A stretch of DNA of 64,000 nt from Lingula anatina (taxonomy: Eukaryota; Animalia; Brachiopoda): the NCBI GenBank assembly GCA_051362555.1, contig CM120641.1, positions 7,998,001 through 8,062,000 of the forward strand, read 5' to 3'. Below, in pieces: positions 1-12,738 of the stretch. Each line of letters begins with the position of its first letter. Position 1 is the stretch's first letter. The notes below the pieces were generated by a model. It made no database searches, had not been told where the DNA came from, and was given only the letters and a program-made list of their open reading frames with translations. Both the position numbers and the translations under genes were made by a program.

Positions 1-344
1 TTAAAAAAGAAAAAAAAAAGAGTAATAGGTGCCCGTTGATATTTTTTTTAATTTTCTAAATGTTATAATTTTTGAAATTATGTTTCTTGCCAAAAATACA
101 GATAATAACTTCATGGCTGTGCACTGAATTTATGGTATATTAGATTTAAAACAAGTTGAATGAGCACTCTCAACTTTAAATTGTGACAACAATAGATGTC
201 AGAAAATTGTAACAATAATTATTGTAGACCTAAAAATAAAGGATTTGAAATAAAACATACATATAATCATAATGTAAAATGAAGGCAAGAAGAAGTACAT
301 TAATACATTGGCTAGTAGCTCTTTCAAAATTGTTTTGTTTTCAC

Positions 345-1574
345 CTTTAGCCTCCTTGCCACACTCTTCCAGTGTGATGTCTGGTGAGAGGGGGTGAATG
401 GGAACTAAATCAACAGAGCCCAGGCATGGATGAACACCCTCATGCTGTCTCAAGTCTATCAAATCAAATGCCTTTTCACAAGCAGCAAAGACACTCTGAC
501 CTAAAACAATCAATGTATGAAAAAGGGGAGACATAATTTTGTACTGAATTGGTGTAAAACTGAATATGAGTGTGTCCCGTTGCAAAACATTTATATATAG
601 TTATATAGATACACGTTACATTCAATTACTACTGTAGCAAAGTGAAATGTTCTACACACTTTACTCATTTTCCCCAGCAGAAAATATCACTATTACAGTC
701 TTATAATAAAAAGGAATAACTGGGCAAAGACAAAATGCATGTATATATTTATGCATGCATTGTTTTAGGTTGACTTGTGCAATTAATACCTTTTTATTGA
801 TATATAGAAACCAATAAACAATCTTAGTATTATTTGTTTAGGGTTATTTTATTAATCATTTACAAAACATTTTACACTTTTCAAAACAACTTTACCTATA
901 TGAGATATAGAAGCAGCAATAGTAATTACTGTTCTATTATAGTCATAGTCTGAGAATACATTAAGGACTGCAGCACAATGCTCTAGAAAATAATAAAAAA
1001 AAAAACACTGCAATTATCACTGTTACAGTAACACATTGTTAGTATATAACAATCATGCGTGTTCTAGTGGCATTTTAATTAACATCTTCTGTCTAATATA
1101 TGTGATAATCAACATAAACAGTATCAAAAAATTTATATAAATAATAGTTATAATGCATGATTTTTTGTGCTAGGTGCAAAATACTAGTATAATGCTTTAA
1201 TTTAATTATCACACATCAAGTAAAAACAGGTACGCCTACCAAATTAATTATCATTGTTCCCTGATTAACAAGAACATGTTTTTTTTTTGTGCTAACAGTT
1301 GATATCAGATACAGCATATACACGTTGTAGCACGAAATCCATGCGTTAACATTTTTGATATGTACAGTACAATGTACAGTATCCAGTACGCTGTGTTAAC
1401 CCACAGATTTTCGTGCTGGGTAATCCTTAGTTATGTATCCTTTGCCTGTACATAGCCCTTACGTTTGCTTGTCTTGTTATTCACTTCTAAAGCTGCATAA
1501 GCTATTTTCTCTATAATATGCACGTTTCGTGCTTCAGATACATTCAGTAAGCATGCACAGAGCTTGCTGGTCAT
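345..1574 (-). CDS. FTCDNL1: Formiminotransferase N-terminal subdomain-like protein, 5' part (exons 1463-1574, 896-982, 345-500; continues past window start)
   Basis: Spliced translation MTSKLCACLLNVSEARN..AVLNVFSDYDYNRTVITIA..AFDLIDLRQHEGVHPCLGSVDLVPIHPL matches formiminotransferase N-subdomain motifs; GT-AG boundaries are in phase. Confidence 0.8.
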
Positions 1575-1874
1575 GTCTTACACCGATCCACACAAATACG
1601 GAAGTGTCGCAGTAGATTTAAGAAATAGTTTTTCATATTTTTTGCTATATCTAAGTAGATCTTGTCACTCAAACGTTGATATTGCTACAATTTGAATTAA
1701 AACTCATGCGACTTGGTCTTTACTCTTATATCTAGGTTTTTTGCTAATGTCGAAAAAAGAACGGTACTTGCAAAAGTACCCATTGAAGATAGGACAACAA
1801 TTGACGGCAATTCTGTCAAATCATTTTTTTACTCGGTCAATTTTACTGCACATGTTTTGGCTGCGAAAAGAGAG
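1575..1874. promoter_or_regulatory. Probable bidirectional promoter between FTCDNL1-like and DESI1-like genes
   Basis: Divergent start codons 300 bp apart; ETS/GABP-type CGGAAGTG at ~1599. Confidence 0.55.
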
Positions 1875-2338
1875 ATGGAGGGATACCCAGTGAAGGTGTA
1901 TATTTATGATATCTCCAAAGGTCTAGCCAGATCCATGTCTTATGGTTTCTTAGGTGAGTATAGATTGATTTCCCAGTCCGAGCCGATGGATCGTTTCACT
2001 GATCTTCACTCACGCTTGCCTGTCACCATGATTGGCAAACGAACGCATAAACCACAGTAAACTCAGTAAACTTATCAACAATTAAAAACAACGACATCAA
2101 AATCGGTTACTGTGTGTGTTTTGAACGAATTTCCTAAAATCGCTACGTGCCCTAAACTCCGTCTACAGTATGTGCCTCTCATCAATTTTCAGTTCTGGTG
2201 AGTAATGCAAAAATCCATAAATCCAACACACTTTTGAGAAACTGGAAAGTTTGACACCACTTCAGAAAAAGAAAATGTGTTCCGAATTAATAATACAGTT
2301 TCAAGCCACTGATGAGTTCTGTCCTGGCAGTAATACAA

Positions 2339-2404
<66 letters not shown>

Positions 2405-5239
2405 CTTTTGAAAAATTTAGGAAGGCAAATAGATGGTATCTGGCATACTGGTATTGTTGTTTATGGTGAAGAGTACTTCTTTGGAGGGATGGGAGGCATC
2501 GAATCATGTCCACCGGTAAGTAACCAACATGATAATTGTCTGGTTCTACTGCAGTATGGTAGTAAACCTAAGTCATGTTCAAATGTCTAAAATTGCTAAG
2601 GTTTAACTTGTTTTGATAACAGGGCACAGATAACAAGTTAACAAGACGCCCCCGGCAGTGACAGTGGTTTAGCACTGGTTGTGATCAAGCATATATGTAT
2701 GATTAGGTCAAAGTGACAGTACATGTAGTGATGAACATGTGTGGAATTTTAATACTAAAACTTTCAAAATAAATGAATAAATGAATAGATAAAATAATAC
2801 TGATAATATATAATGAAATCTGTTAGCTATCTTTGCCAAGTTTTGCTGCCACTCTAGCTGTTTATTAACATTTATTGATTTCAATTTCATGTTACAGTGT
2901 GGAACAGTATTGGGACCACCAGATCAAATTTATGACCTAGGAGCAACACAAATCCCCAAAGAAGTTTTCATGGAATATTTAAGAGAACTTTCTAATACAA
3001 CATTTAGGTATACAAAAAAACATTGTGCCATGCACATATTTAGCAGTTTTGTTGATGTGACTTGTAAATAGATAACCATAAATACCATTTCATAGTATTT
3101 GCAGTCTTTGTATGATAATAATGAAACAATGGTCTACACACAAATATTTGTACAATACATCGTACATTGCTGGACATATTGCTTTTGACGTAGATCTGGT
3201 CCTTTTTTCTCTTTCACAACATAATGCCTTCTCTACAAAACTTTTTACCACATCTGTTTTTACATATTCACTTCTTGACTATGTGAATTTACTGTCAAAA
3301 TGTAGTTCAATGGCTTATTTTCTGTCTCTTTTAATTGAGACATATTTTATGGAGCAGAGGATATGTGCTAGATGTACAATGAAAAAACTCCAGCACATTT
3401 GTAAGTGACAATTAGTTTTTATAACCAATTCTTTTTTTAATTACTGAAATAATTTGAAAAGAGATTACATATTGAATGGTTGGTGCATGAACTTGTTATT
3501 CCTTCTGTGGTGAAGAGATATCAAAGAAGAATTACTTCACATTTGAATAAGTACAGAATTGCCAAATGTACAGTGTATGCATGTTTGAATAAAACCCCAT
3601 ATGTTAAAATTATCGTTTCAGGGGTGAATGTTATCACTTGCTAGACCACAACTGTAACACATTTAGTAATGAAATAGCACAGTTTCTAACTGGGAACTCC
3701 ATTCCTTCAAAGATTACGAGCTTGCCTGCAGATGTTTTAAGCACGTGAGCACATATATTTTTATTCATGCACATTTCTTTAAACTCATTAATATTGCTTT
3801 CATACTAGTTACTGATAAATAAATGTTGTTGGGATAGATTTATGATTTTCTAATTATCATTTTTGAAATAACCTCATTGTTTGATTAGCATATTCTTTAT
3901 CATGCATTTCACTCTTTTTACACATACCTTTCGGATGTTACAGACCCTTTGGTGCCATGATCAGACCATTCATAGATGCTATGTCAGTGTCCCCAGGAGG
4001 GCATTCTGTATTTCCCCAGCAGACCCAGGGAGCATCACCTGCTGCTGCAACCTCACAGGTATCAGTCTTATAAGCTGATTTTAATATGTTTGGTGATGAT
4101 GAATGATTATATATTCATCATTTAATGAAAACTGGGTAATTCTTTTCAGGCAAGTACATATTTTTGGCATAGGGATGCTCCTCATATCTGATATTTTATT
4201 GAATGACAGAGAACCCTGACATTTTAAACAATGTTTTTTTAGCTAATTGATGAAAGGAAATGTGTTTTTTTTCATCTGTCTTAATTGCATTTTATTTTCA
4301 AGAGACCAAGTAAAACTTTATAAGCATTTGGCAAAGATTTTACATTTTGGATGGAATACATTGCCAATATTTTGGAGCACCTTTGTTAATTTTTCCAACC
4401 TTTTTACCATTAATTTCAATCTTCGTAATTTCTCCAGCCATCCTCTGCTAAGAAAGAAGTAGAAAAGACACCTAAGGCTGCTTCAGAAAAATCTAAAAGT
4501 TCAGCAGAAGACTATGATCTGTTACCAGTTGTTTACAAAGAGAGCAAAGTATGGAGTTTTTAAATTAAACTTTGATATATACAGCTCATGAATAAGAAAT
4601 GGAAACATAAAGCAACTGTCTTTTAAGAACCATTATTACAAAGTATAGGAGTTAAACCCACCTTTCATTTCAGTTCACAGGCAAATAAAATGCTTTGGTA
4701 TAGGCCTATGTGTATTGAAAATACACAAATTGATGCTTTTTTATAATTGTATTTACAAATTATCCATTCATACACCCATACATTTCAGTAACAGTTGAAA
4801 TAAAAACATGAAAATCTTTAAATCTGTATTGATATTTTCCTTAATGTTTAATTTTCTACAGTTTTTTTTTTCAAACCTCTTCAAGGTAGATTGATATTTA
4901 TTACTCTCATTTCTTAATCTTATGTACCGGTAGGTTTTAAATGGTTCAAGGTGGCAGACAGTTTTGGAGGACAGAGTGACAAAACATGAACTTGACACAA
5001 TAAATGAAGTTCATGAGTTTTTATCAGCATCCAACCCACAGTGGGCATTAGGGAGAAATCACATGGATGCTTTGTGTAAGACTAAAGGTTTTTGTTGTTT
5101 ATCTCTTCCAAGCTATGTTTTTGCCCTTTTGGTTTGTGATTTAACAGCCTAACTAAGAATATTATGGTCAGATTTTGATAAATTTTTCTGGTCAGGTCAG
5201 AAATGGGCTAACTGAGAATCAAATAGATTTTGGTGGGGA

Positions 5240-5295
<56 letters not shown>

Positions 5296-7515
5296 GAGAA
5301 CTGTGCTGCCTTTGCAGAAGTGTTTTCTGAGTGTTGTACTTGTATTACTTATTTCCCTTTCGACAAAAAATGATACTTAATATAATATATTGAAAAAACT
5401 CCAGTGCATGTGTAAATGACATGAGTAGTTTTTATAACCAATCCTTTTTTTTAATTACTGAAACAATTTGGAAAGAGGTTACATAATCAACAAGTTGTTC
5501 ATTACTAACATAGGTATACATATTCCTCTGAAACCTGAGTGTCAGTTTATGTCATGTTGAAACATGCATTGCCCACATATCACATTTGAAAGAAAGTGTG
5601 TCTAGCAATAAAACATTATTATATATAATTAGTTATTTCTTTACCCCATCGTTTTGTATGTCTCAGGTAAAATCATCAACAAAGAAGAAGTTCCAGAAGA
5701 AGTTCATGTCATGATGTACCAACTTTTACAACTTGCTGTGTTAAATGAGGAGTTTGTGAACATGATGGCACACTACAACAATCACCCCATGATGAAGCTG
5801 GCATCTTCTCACGAGGGTATGAGTAAACAAATTCTCTCAGAGGTTGGAAAGCTGGTAAGTATTGCATTCAATATAGTGTCATTCCACAGTTATTTCCTCT
5901 TTTGCGACATATTTCCCCATCGAAATACTTCTTTTTAAAAGGCAAGAACAATTTGCAGTTTTTCTTCAGTTAATAATAATAATAATTTATTGAGCATTAA
6001 AATGTGTACAGTTACATTTTACAAGCTCTCTAAACTACAATTTTACATAAATTGTGCACATACGTTTAAATAAGTATAACTACTTTAGATCATTCAATTA
6101 CCAAAATACATATAAGCTAACTACTTCGTACATATAGCTCACAATAGTAAGATCGGATGAATATTTTGGATATTTAGTCTCCAAATACAAAAAGTCACTC
6201 AAACTGCATTTTAGCTCACAAACTGCAGCAGTACTAGAAATGGGTCTAGTTATATCCTTAGCACTGAGCATCATCCTTTGGGATCCCCTCTGTCAAACTG
6301 TAAAATAACAAGTCAGACCTGTGCAGCCTGCTTACTTCATGAGGATAGGGACATCCAAGGAGTTGGAGCAGCTCTGGCATCAAACTTGGCTAAACATTCT
6401 GTGAGAATATATATTTGCCTGTCCTTGCATAATTGGCGCATAGAGTAATTATAGAACACACTTACTAAACAGTTAGAAATAAAATTCTTAGGAATTTCCT
6501 TTGGACTTCATTTTGTGCATGAAAATTAGAAGAGAGGTGCTTTTTTAGGGATAAATAAATTGGCACTCATTGTTTTTAATCATTGCCAAATATGTTGAAA
6601 CCCACATGCACAAATTCCCTTGATAAAAAAATGAGCCTCTTTTGTTTTTTCAACAGATTCCAGAGGATGTGGCAGTTGAAGTTGGAAGTGCTTTGTTACA
6701 ATGTTTATTAACAGATGACACTAGTGATGACTTTGGTAGGTAAAAGCCCTAAACTTCAGAAGTCAAGTCAAATTATAGAAGTCAATTAAATCTTCAGAAC
6801 ATAACAGCTTTTAAGTTTTTTTTTTTTTTTTTTTGTGAATCACTTTCTTTTTTCCTTCAGCCTATCAAGCATTGGTATCTCTCTACAGATTTACACTGAT
6901 AACACAAGAGGTAAGACATATTTTCTTTTAGTGCTAATACAGTAATTACTCAATGGGGGGAAATTGTGAATTTTACAGATACTGTATTTTTCAAGTAATA
7001 ATTTCTTTAAATTAGAACATTCATATTGAGTGCTAGCAACAAAATTAAAGAAAAGCTACTCCAAAGTTCTACTCTATGCAGTAAAAGCACCACAAATTGT
7101 ATATAGAAAAATAATTTTGACGATAAAATTATCTGAAAGTTTGATAATTTTTGCCAATTGAAAAGATCCATAATATATTATGCAGTTCTCTTATTGAAAA
7201 GTATTATGAACACCTCCCAAGCACCCTCTCTTTTTTCAAAGTGCCCTTTAAAGTACGTGGTGAAACTAATTACAGTAATGTTCCAACATATGTCTTTATC
7301 AAACTTTTCTGCATACATTTGAATTCATCTTCATGTAATATTTGAACTAGTTATGCTTATAGCACCAGCTGTAAATTTTCTAAAAATTTTACTTTTTTTT
7401 TATTTTCAAGGTGGCAGACCTTTGTGCAGTGATGGGCTTAGACCTACAAAAATACAAGAAATCCGATAAACTATCCAACATCTGCAATCAGTTGCAACTG
7501 AGGATATCATCTTGA
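1875..7515 (+). CDS. DESI1: PPPDE/DeSI-family peptidase with C-terminal helical (PUL-like) extension, ~460 aa; exons 1875-1953, 2421-2515, 2898-3007, 3622-3744, 3944-4058, 4438-4548, 4934-5075, 5667-5854, 6215-6400, 6657-6735, 6861-6910, 7411-7515
   Basis: [28 protein letters not shown] (catalytic His) and [14 protein letters not shown] (catalytic Cys). The 12 GT-AG exons sum to 1383 nt in frame, ending in TGA. Confidence 0.85.
2343..2399. repeat. (TA)n microsatellite just upstream of the DESI1 exon 2 acceptor
   Basis: Direct reading. Confidence 0.95.
5239..5293. repeat. (AAAT)n microsatellite
   Basis: Direct reading. Confidence 0.95.
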
Positions 7516-8075
7516 AGTGGAATAACCCTTAGTCTATTCCTCAGATATGTAAACAGTGTATTAATCATGCTATAAATTAATGATACATTGTGAATACAAA
7601 AAATGAAACGAATATTGCAGTGGAGATTTACCAGGATGAAGCTGGCATCTTCTCACGAGGGTATGAGGAAACAAATTCTCTGAGAGGTAAATAAATGAGG
7701 AATTTGATAAGTAAGGGGATTTGTAAACAACGCCATGCAATGTTAACACGAAGAAAAGACATCAGTAAAATTCTCAACTTTAGTACTTTTTTTTATTCAT
7801 GAATTGAAAAAAGGTTCTATCAATATAGACCATTGAATATTGTTCATAATTATTTATCAGAAAACCTTGAACAAAACTATCCTGCAGTAAAAATGTCTTA
7901 GTATTGAGTTTCTGGGCTTAAATGGAAAACATTTTTGTTATTTATCTTATAAATGGGGTGCAAAAAATTCAAATTTTATGTCATTGACTCACCAGAAGAT
8001 CAATGCACAATATTAAGACTTGATCTGTGAATGGCTATGTATAATATTTATTAAAATAAAATATATTCAAAGACA

Positions 8076-8480
8076 TTATTTCTCTCTTGATTTTAGCTTT
8101 GATATATATTCTCCTATATGCTTCTGTACTGGCTTCAAACTTAATAAAGCCACATTTGACTGAATATCAGATTCTTGTGTTTGTTTAAGTCTCATCCAGT
8201 GATTCCTTCTCATTTGCTCCTTTGTAAAACTTCTGGCAGTATCTACAAATGAAAGTAAAATAATCTTATTAAATTTTATCCTCTAACTGATTAATAGGCA
8301 TGATAGCTAATTGTGGGCCACTCAGAAAAAGTTTTTTACAAGTCAAAACTGACTAAATATTATTTTAATTTATTATAATAAATCCATTCTTTTCCTGTCT
8401 TATTCCATACCCCAAACTTAATTTTTAATATTTTCTTACAAATGTCATTTTCATCCCTGTCTCTTTAAAAGAGAACAATA

Positions 8481-8522
<42 letters not shown>

Positions 8523-11454
8523 CCTGACACTTTCAACCACTCTTCCAATTCTTTTTCTACAGTTGGAATAACATCCTTTAGAGGCACCACTTGGTCAACA
8601 AGACCTACTGTTAAAGCTTCTTCAGCAGTAAAAAGTTTCCCTTCCAGCAAGGCCTGTTCTGCCTTCCTCCAGCCCAGGATCTGGACATACAGTTTCGCAA
8701 TCCTAATCAAAACCAAACAAACATGAAGAGAATATCAGACATGACAGGAACTACAGGCCGATATTTTTTTCCTATTTTTGCCAAGTCTGAAAGAAGCATT
8801 AAAAACATATTATCAGTTTTATAAATATGAAGCGGTAAGACAGTATATTTAAAAATTATGTGAAAATAGTTTCATCTGGATGTGTGAGTAATGTTTTCAT
8901 AAAGTAAGTTTTTTTTTAATTTGTTCCATCCAAAAGTGTCTAGTAGTGATCAACAAACTGTCTAGTATTAGGGCTGAGGAAAGCTTTAGAGGAACACCAA
9001 AGTAGAAAACTTTTGCACAAGTTAATTTTTTACATTGCACCACTAACATTTTGACAGTTTGTGCACTGGATTTTTATGAAAGTGATGACAAAATACAGCA
9101 TTCACATTTTTATCCTACTAAAAGTTCTCCTCTTTTTATAAATGCAAATCTGCCTATAAAATAAATGATGAGGAGGTGCATTGATCAGTAGCAATGTTGA
9201 TAAAGTACTGCTATTTTTCAGGGGCGGATTCAGAGATTTTTTTTGACAGTCTTCCAAATTATCTTTTTTGATTCATTCTTCATTTTTGACTGTCTTCCGA
9301 CAGAAAAAATTAGATACCCGTCAATGTAAATTTGAAAATCTGACTATCTTCCGGAAGACACAGTTTTTAATACATATAAGTGTTTACTTACCAAGATGGT
9401 GCTGGAATACCCTGAAAAATTAGAAAATAAAAACAAAAATATGTATAAGTTAAGCTTGCAAAGTACAAAATCCATTTAAAAAATTATAAATAAATATATC
9501 AGACTTAGGATGTGAAAAAAATTAAATTAACATAAATGTATGTGCAACTTATCAATATAATAATTTCATTATCATTCAATATTTAATTTTATTCTCTTTA
9601 TAATTATAAAATTAATATTAACATAACTTTTCATTACAAAATCATTCACGCTCTCAAAATGCTTTTTCTAAACTTATCAAGAGCAGCTTCAATGATTTTT
9701 AATTATTTATTTTTTATCTATTCATTTCATTGCAAGTACATATTTTATATACTAGCATATAAAACTATAATGTTGTGATTAACATTGTGATACTGACCAA
9801 TCTAGTTACTGTTAGTCCTATATTGTAATTTTCTGCCATCACTCTATAATCACAGCTCATGGCTATCACAGCCCCTGCAGCAGGAGAATGGCCCTTGTGG
9901 AACATTATAAAATTTCAGTGAAAATACAAGTTTTCTGAATTCATATCTACATGTGCAATTTTTACCTGTGGTTATCAATTACATCTGGATTAAAATTGCA
10001 TTTCGGTGGAGATAAGTCAAAAATATTAATTTCCTATGCAAAGATTGTTCATGTCAATTCAATTCCTGATAAATAAAAAGAAAAAATTCTTACTGTTATA
10101 GCAGCCATGGTTGTTTTGGGAAAAGCATATAATCTCATCCACATTTCTTGAAAAGTTATCCAGAATTCCCGTAGTTTCTCAGCATCAGGTTGATACATCT
10201 CATTTAAATCTAGTCCAGAACTAAATATTTTTGGGATACCCTGTTGAATGAAAAAAAAAAAAAAAATTCTGACTGCAGCAAGAATCAATATATATCACAT
10301 TTTGTAATTTAATGGATTTAAAGTACATGTATACTCTTAGACCCCATTCCCAGAGATTAGATCGATCCAACCTTACAGCTTGTAGTAGGCGGGACGGACA
10401 TTTAAGCCGGATTATCTGACAGTAATCTAGTGAGACTCTCCACGGGAATAGATCGATCTAAAATCTATGGGAATGCACCCTTATATATATACTAACCATA
10501 GACATATTGACTAAATGTTCTCAAATGTCAAGTGCCATATGAGCAAAACATTTGTAAACAAGCTCCAACAGTCTAAAATATGGTGCAATACAATCATAAT
10601 GTAAAAACCTATCATTAATACTAATGCATTAAAATAAGTCACTTACTGAAGTAAGTATTACAGCTCTGCAAACTTCATCATTTTGCAGTTCTTTTAATGC
10701 CTCACTTATAGACTGCATGAATTCTGTGTTTAGAGCGTTGACTGGGTGATTATTCATTGTAAGAGTAGCAACACCTAGAAAACATTTAAAATAAAAACTT
10801 AGGCTGTATTCCCAGAGCTTTTAGATCGATCTATCCCTGTGGGGAGTCTCACTAGATTACTGTCAGATAATCCGGCTTAAATGTCCGTCCCGCCTACTAC
10901 AAGCTGTAAGGGGGTAATTAATTTCGTGTCCGCTCGGCTGACAGCTATTTAGCATGAACCCCCAGGGAGTTAGGTCGATCTAAAGTAGATCGATCTAATC
11001 TCTGGAAATGGGGTCTTAAATGAAAAGTCAACCAGAAGATCAGGAACAATTTGCTTCTGTTACCTTTTATCATAGAGACAAAGTCAATTATATGCAGTCA
11101 TTGCATCTATTTTTCAAAGTGTTACATATAATATGTATAAATTTTAATCAACATAATCGTAACAAAATTTGTAAATGTACAACTCATGATCGAGTAAGAT
11201 ACAGACATATAAATACCATAAACAATTACAATCAAGTTGTCCCTACATACATACGACTTCAAAGCTGATCCATACTTGCCTGTGTTTGAATTAAGATTCA
11301 CATGCACTGAGCCAGTGCTTTCTTTATCACTACAAAAGAACCTTGAACCATGGCCATCTTTAATGTTAGATATTCCTGTAGTCCTGAAACATTTGCTACA
11401 CCTCCACATTCTGTTGAGATTATAGGTATATAATAAAGCTCGAATGGGTGACAT
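8076..11454 (-). CDS. ECI1: Enoyl-CoA delta isomerase 1-like paralog A (~303 aa, catalytic Glu replaced); exons 11280-11454, 10647-10774, 10094-10240, 9798-9893, 9392-9411, 8524-8702, 8076-8242
   Basis: Crotonase motifs PVNAL, IFSSGLDLNEMY, AAITGHSPAAGAVIAMSCDYRVM, EALTVGLVDQVV; mitochondrial-transit-like N-terminus; 912 nt in frame if intron 1 uses a GC donor. Confidence 0.85.
9219..9360. mobile_element. Short dispersed repeat (MITE-like fragment); reverse-complement copy at ~33420-33570
   Basis: caggggcggattcagagatttt..gacagtcttcca..tagatacccgtcaat..aaaatctgac recurs inverted near 33.5 kb. Confidence 0.55.
10340..10480. mobile_element. PIF/Harbinger (Tourist-like) MITE, copy 1 (internally deleted)
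   Basis: Imperfect TIRs gaccccattcccagagat / atctatgggaatgcaccc flanked by TTA; same family at 10802-11015 and ~49897-50115. Confidence 0.7.
10802..11015. mobile_element. PIF/Harbinger (Tourist-like) MITE, copy 2, inverted relative to copy 1
   Basis: Reverse complement of 10340-10480 over >100 bp; TTA flanks. Confidence 0.7.
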
Positions 11455-12707
11455 TTTTTTCTGAAAAACAGAAATAAATACAATATATATCTGGGTTATC
11501 TATCACACGTACATGTGCACCTCACTCTTAAGTGAACTGTGATGAATAAGTAAAATTATTAGCATTGAGGCATCCCCTCCCCCAACACACACGACCCTTT
11601 CCTAAATTTGCACCTCCACTCCATATTTTAAATAAATAAGAAACCACACACTAACTCAGTAACTATACATGTACCGTAAATTGCACTAGATCTACAACCT
11701 ACCACTAAATAAATACTTTAGTATCACACGCTGCACGTGCTCACACTCACAGTTTCCTTAGAAAAAAAAATGGACGACTGATGACTTCTCCGCTTTTCGC
11801 ACTATATATGCCGACCTATTAATAATTCTGCAGTTTCATGTTCGCTCATTTTACTGTAATCATTCACAAATGCATCGTCAATACAGACGGAACAGGTCTG
11901 GTATCGCGTAGTATAATTTTTTGTCAATAGATGGCAGTAGGGTAGGCAGGGTTGATTCTGGTTGATTGATGCTGAATTTGTATTTGTATGAATGGGATCT
12001 AACAAACTAACCGTAAAAGTTGGACAATATACAGATTGTGGTAAACGAAAATATTTCAGTCCCTGTCCGACTTAGGTAATGAAACTGTCAACTTTTTCAA
12101 TCAATATTTTTTAAAAGATCATGAGAAAAATATCTTTTTATGCTAAAAGTGCTGAAAAAATAATTTGTAATAAAACTACTGGTCTTAAAAAAGATCTTTA
12201 ATTGAGACAAAATCTTTTCAATGCTAATTGTGCCACTTTCACAAAAATGCAAATTTACAACAGAAGTATTTATAGTTAATAACAAACATAATACACAAAA
12301 GCATGGCAGAAAATGTACAGCCATAAAGTGGAAAATAACAATGACAGTACACAACAGTTGATAATAATAAGCAGCATGATCACCACCAATATTAAATTAT
12401 ATACTACTGTCTTTTAAGGTTAACATTAAAAAAATGTTACATACTTCAGGGCTTCAGGCCATGGGAGTATTAATTAAGTCACACCTTGAAAATGTCAATG
12501 TGGGGGAAAATCCATGTAAAAACTGCATAACTTAAAAAAATGGTCCAATAAAACTGCTATTTGAACTTGACCTGTGTTTAGGTACTATGAATCCCTCAAG
12601 TTAGTTTGAGGGATAATAAGTCACAATTAATTAAAGCATTGCAAGGCAGGATTTTCCTGCCATCAACTTGATCATATTTGACAAATTTTCCTGGGGTTAA
12701 CGGCATT

Positions 12708-12738
<31 letters not shown>

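Noticed and set aside
2251-2513. ORFs with IYIYIY runs (and poly-L at 42022-42360)
   Set aside because: Translations of microsatellites.
12711-12738. Poly-C run, potential G-quadruplex on the minus strand
   Set aside because: Isolated homopolymer of uncertain assembled length with no supporting context.
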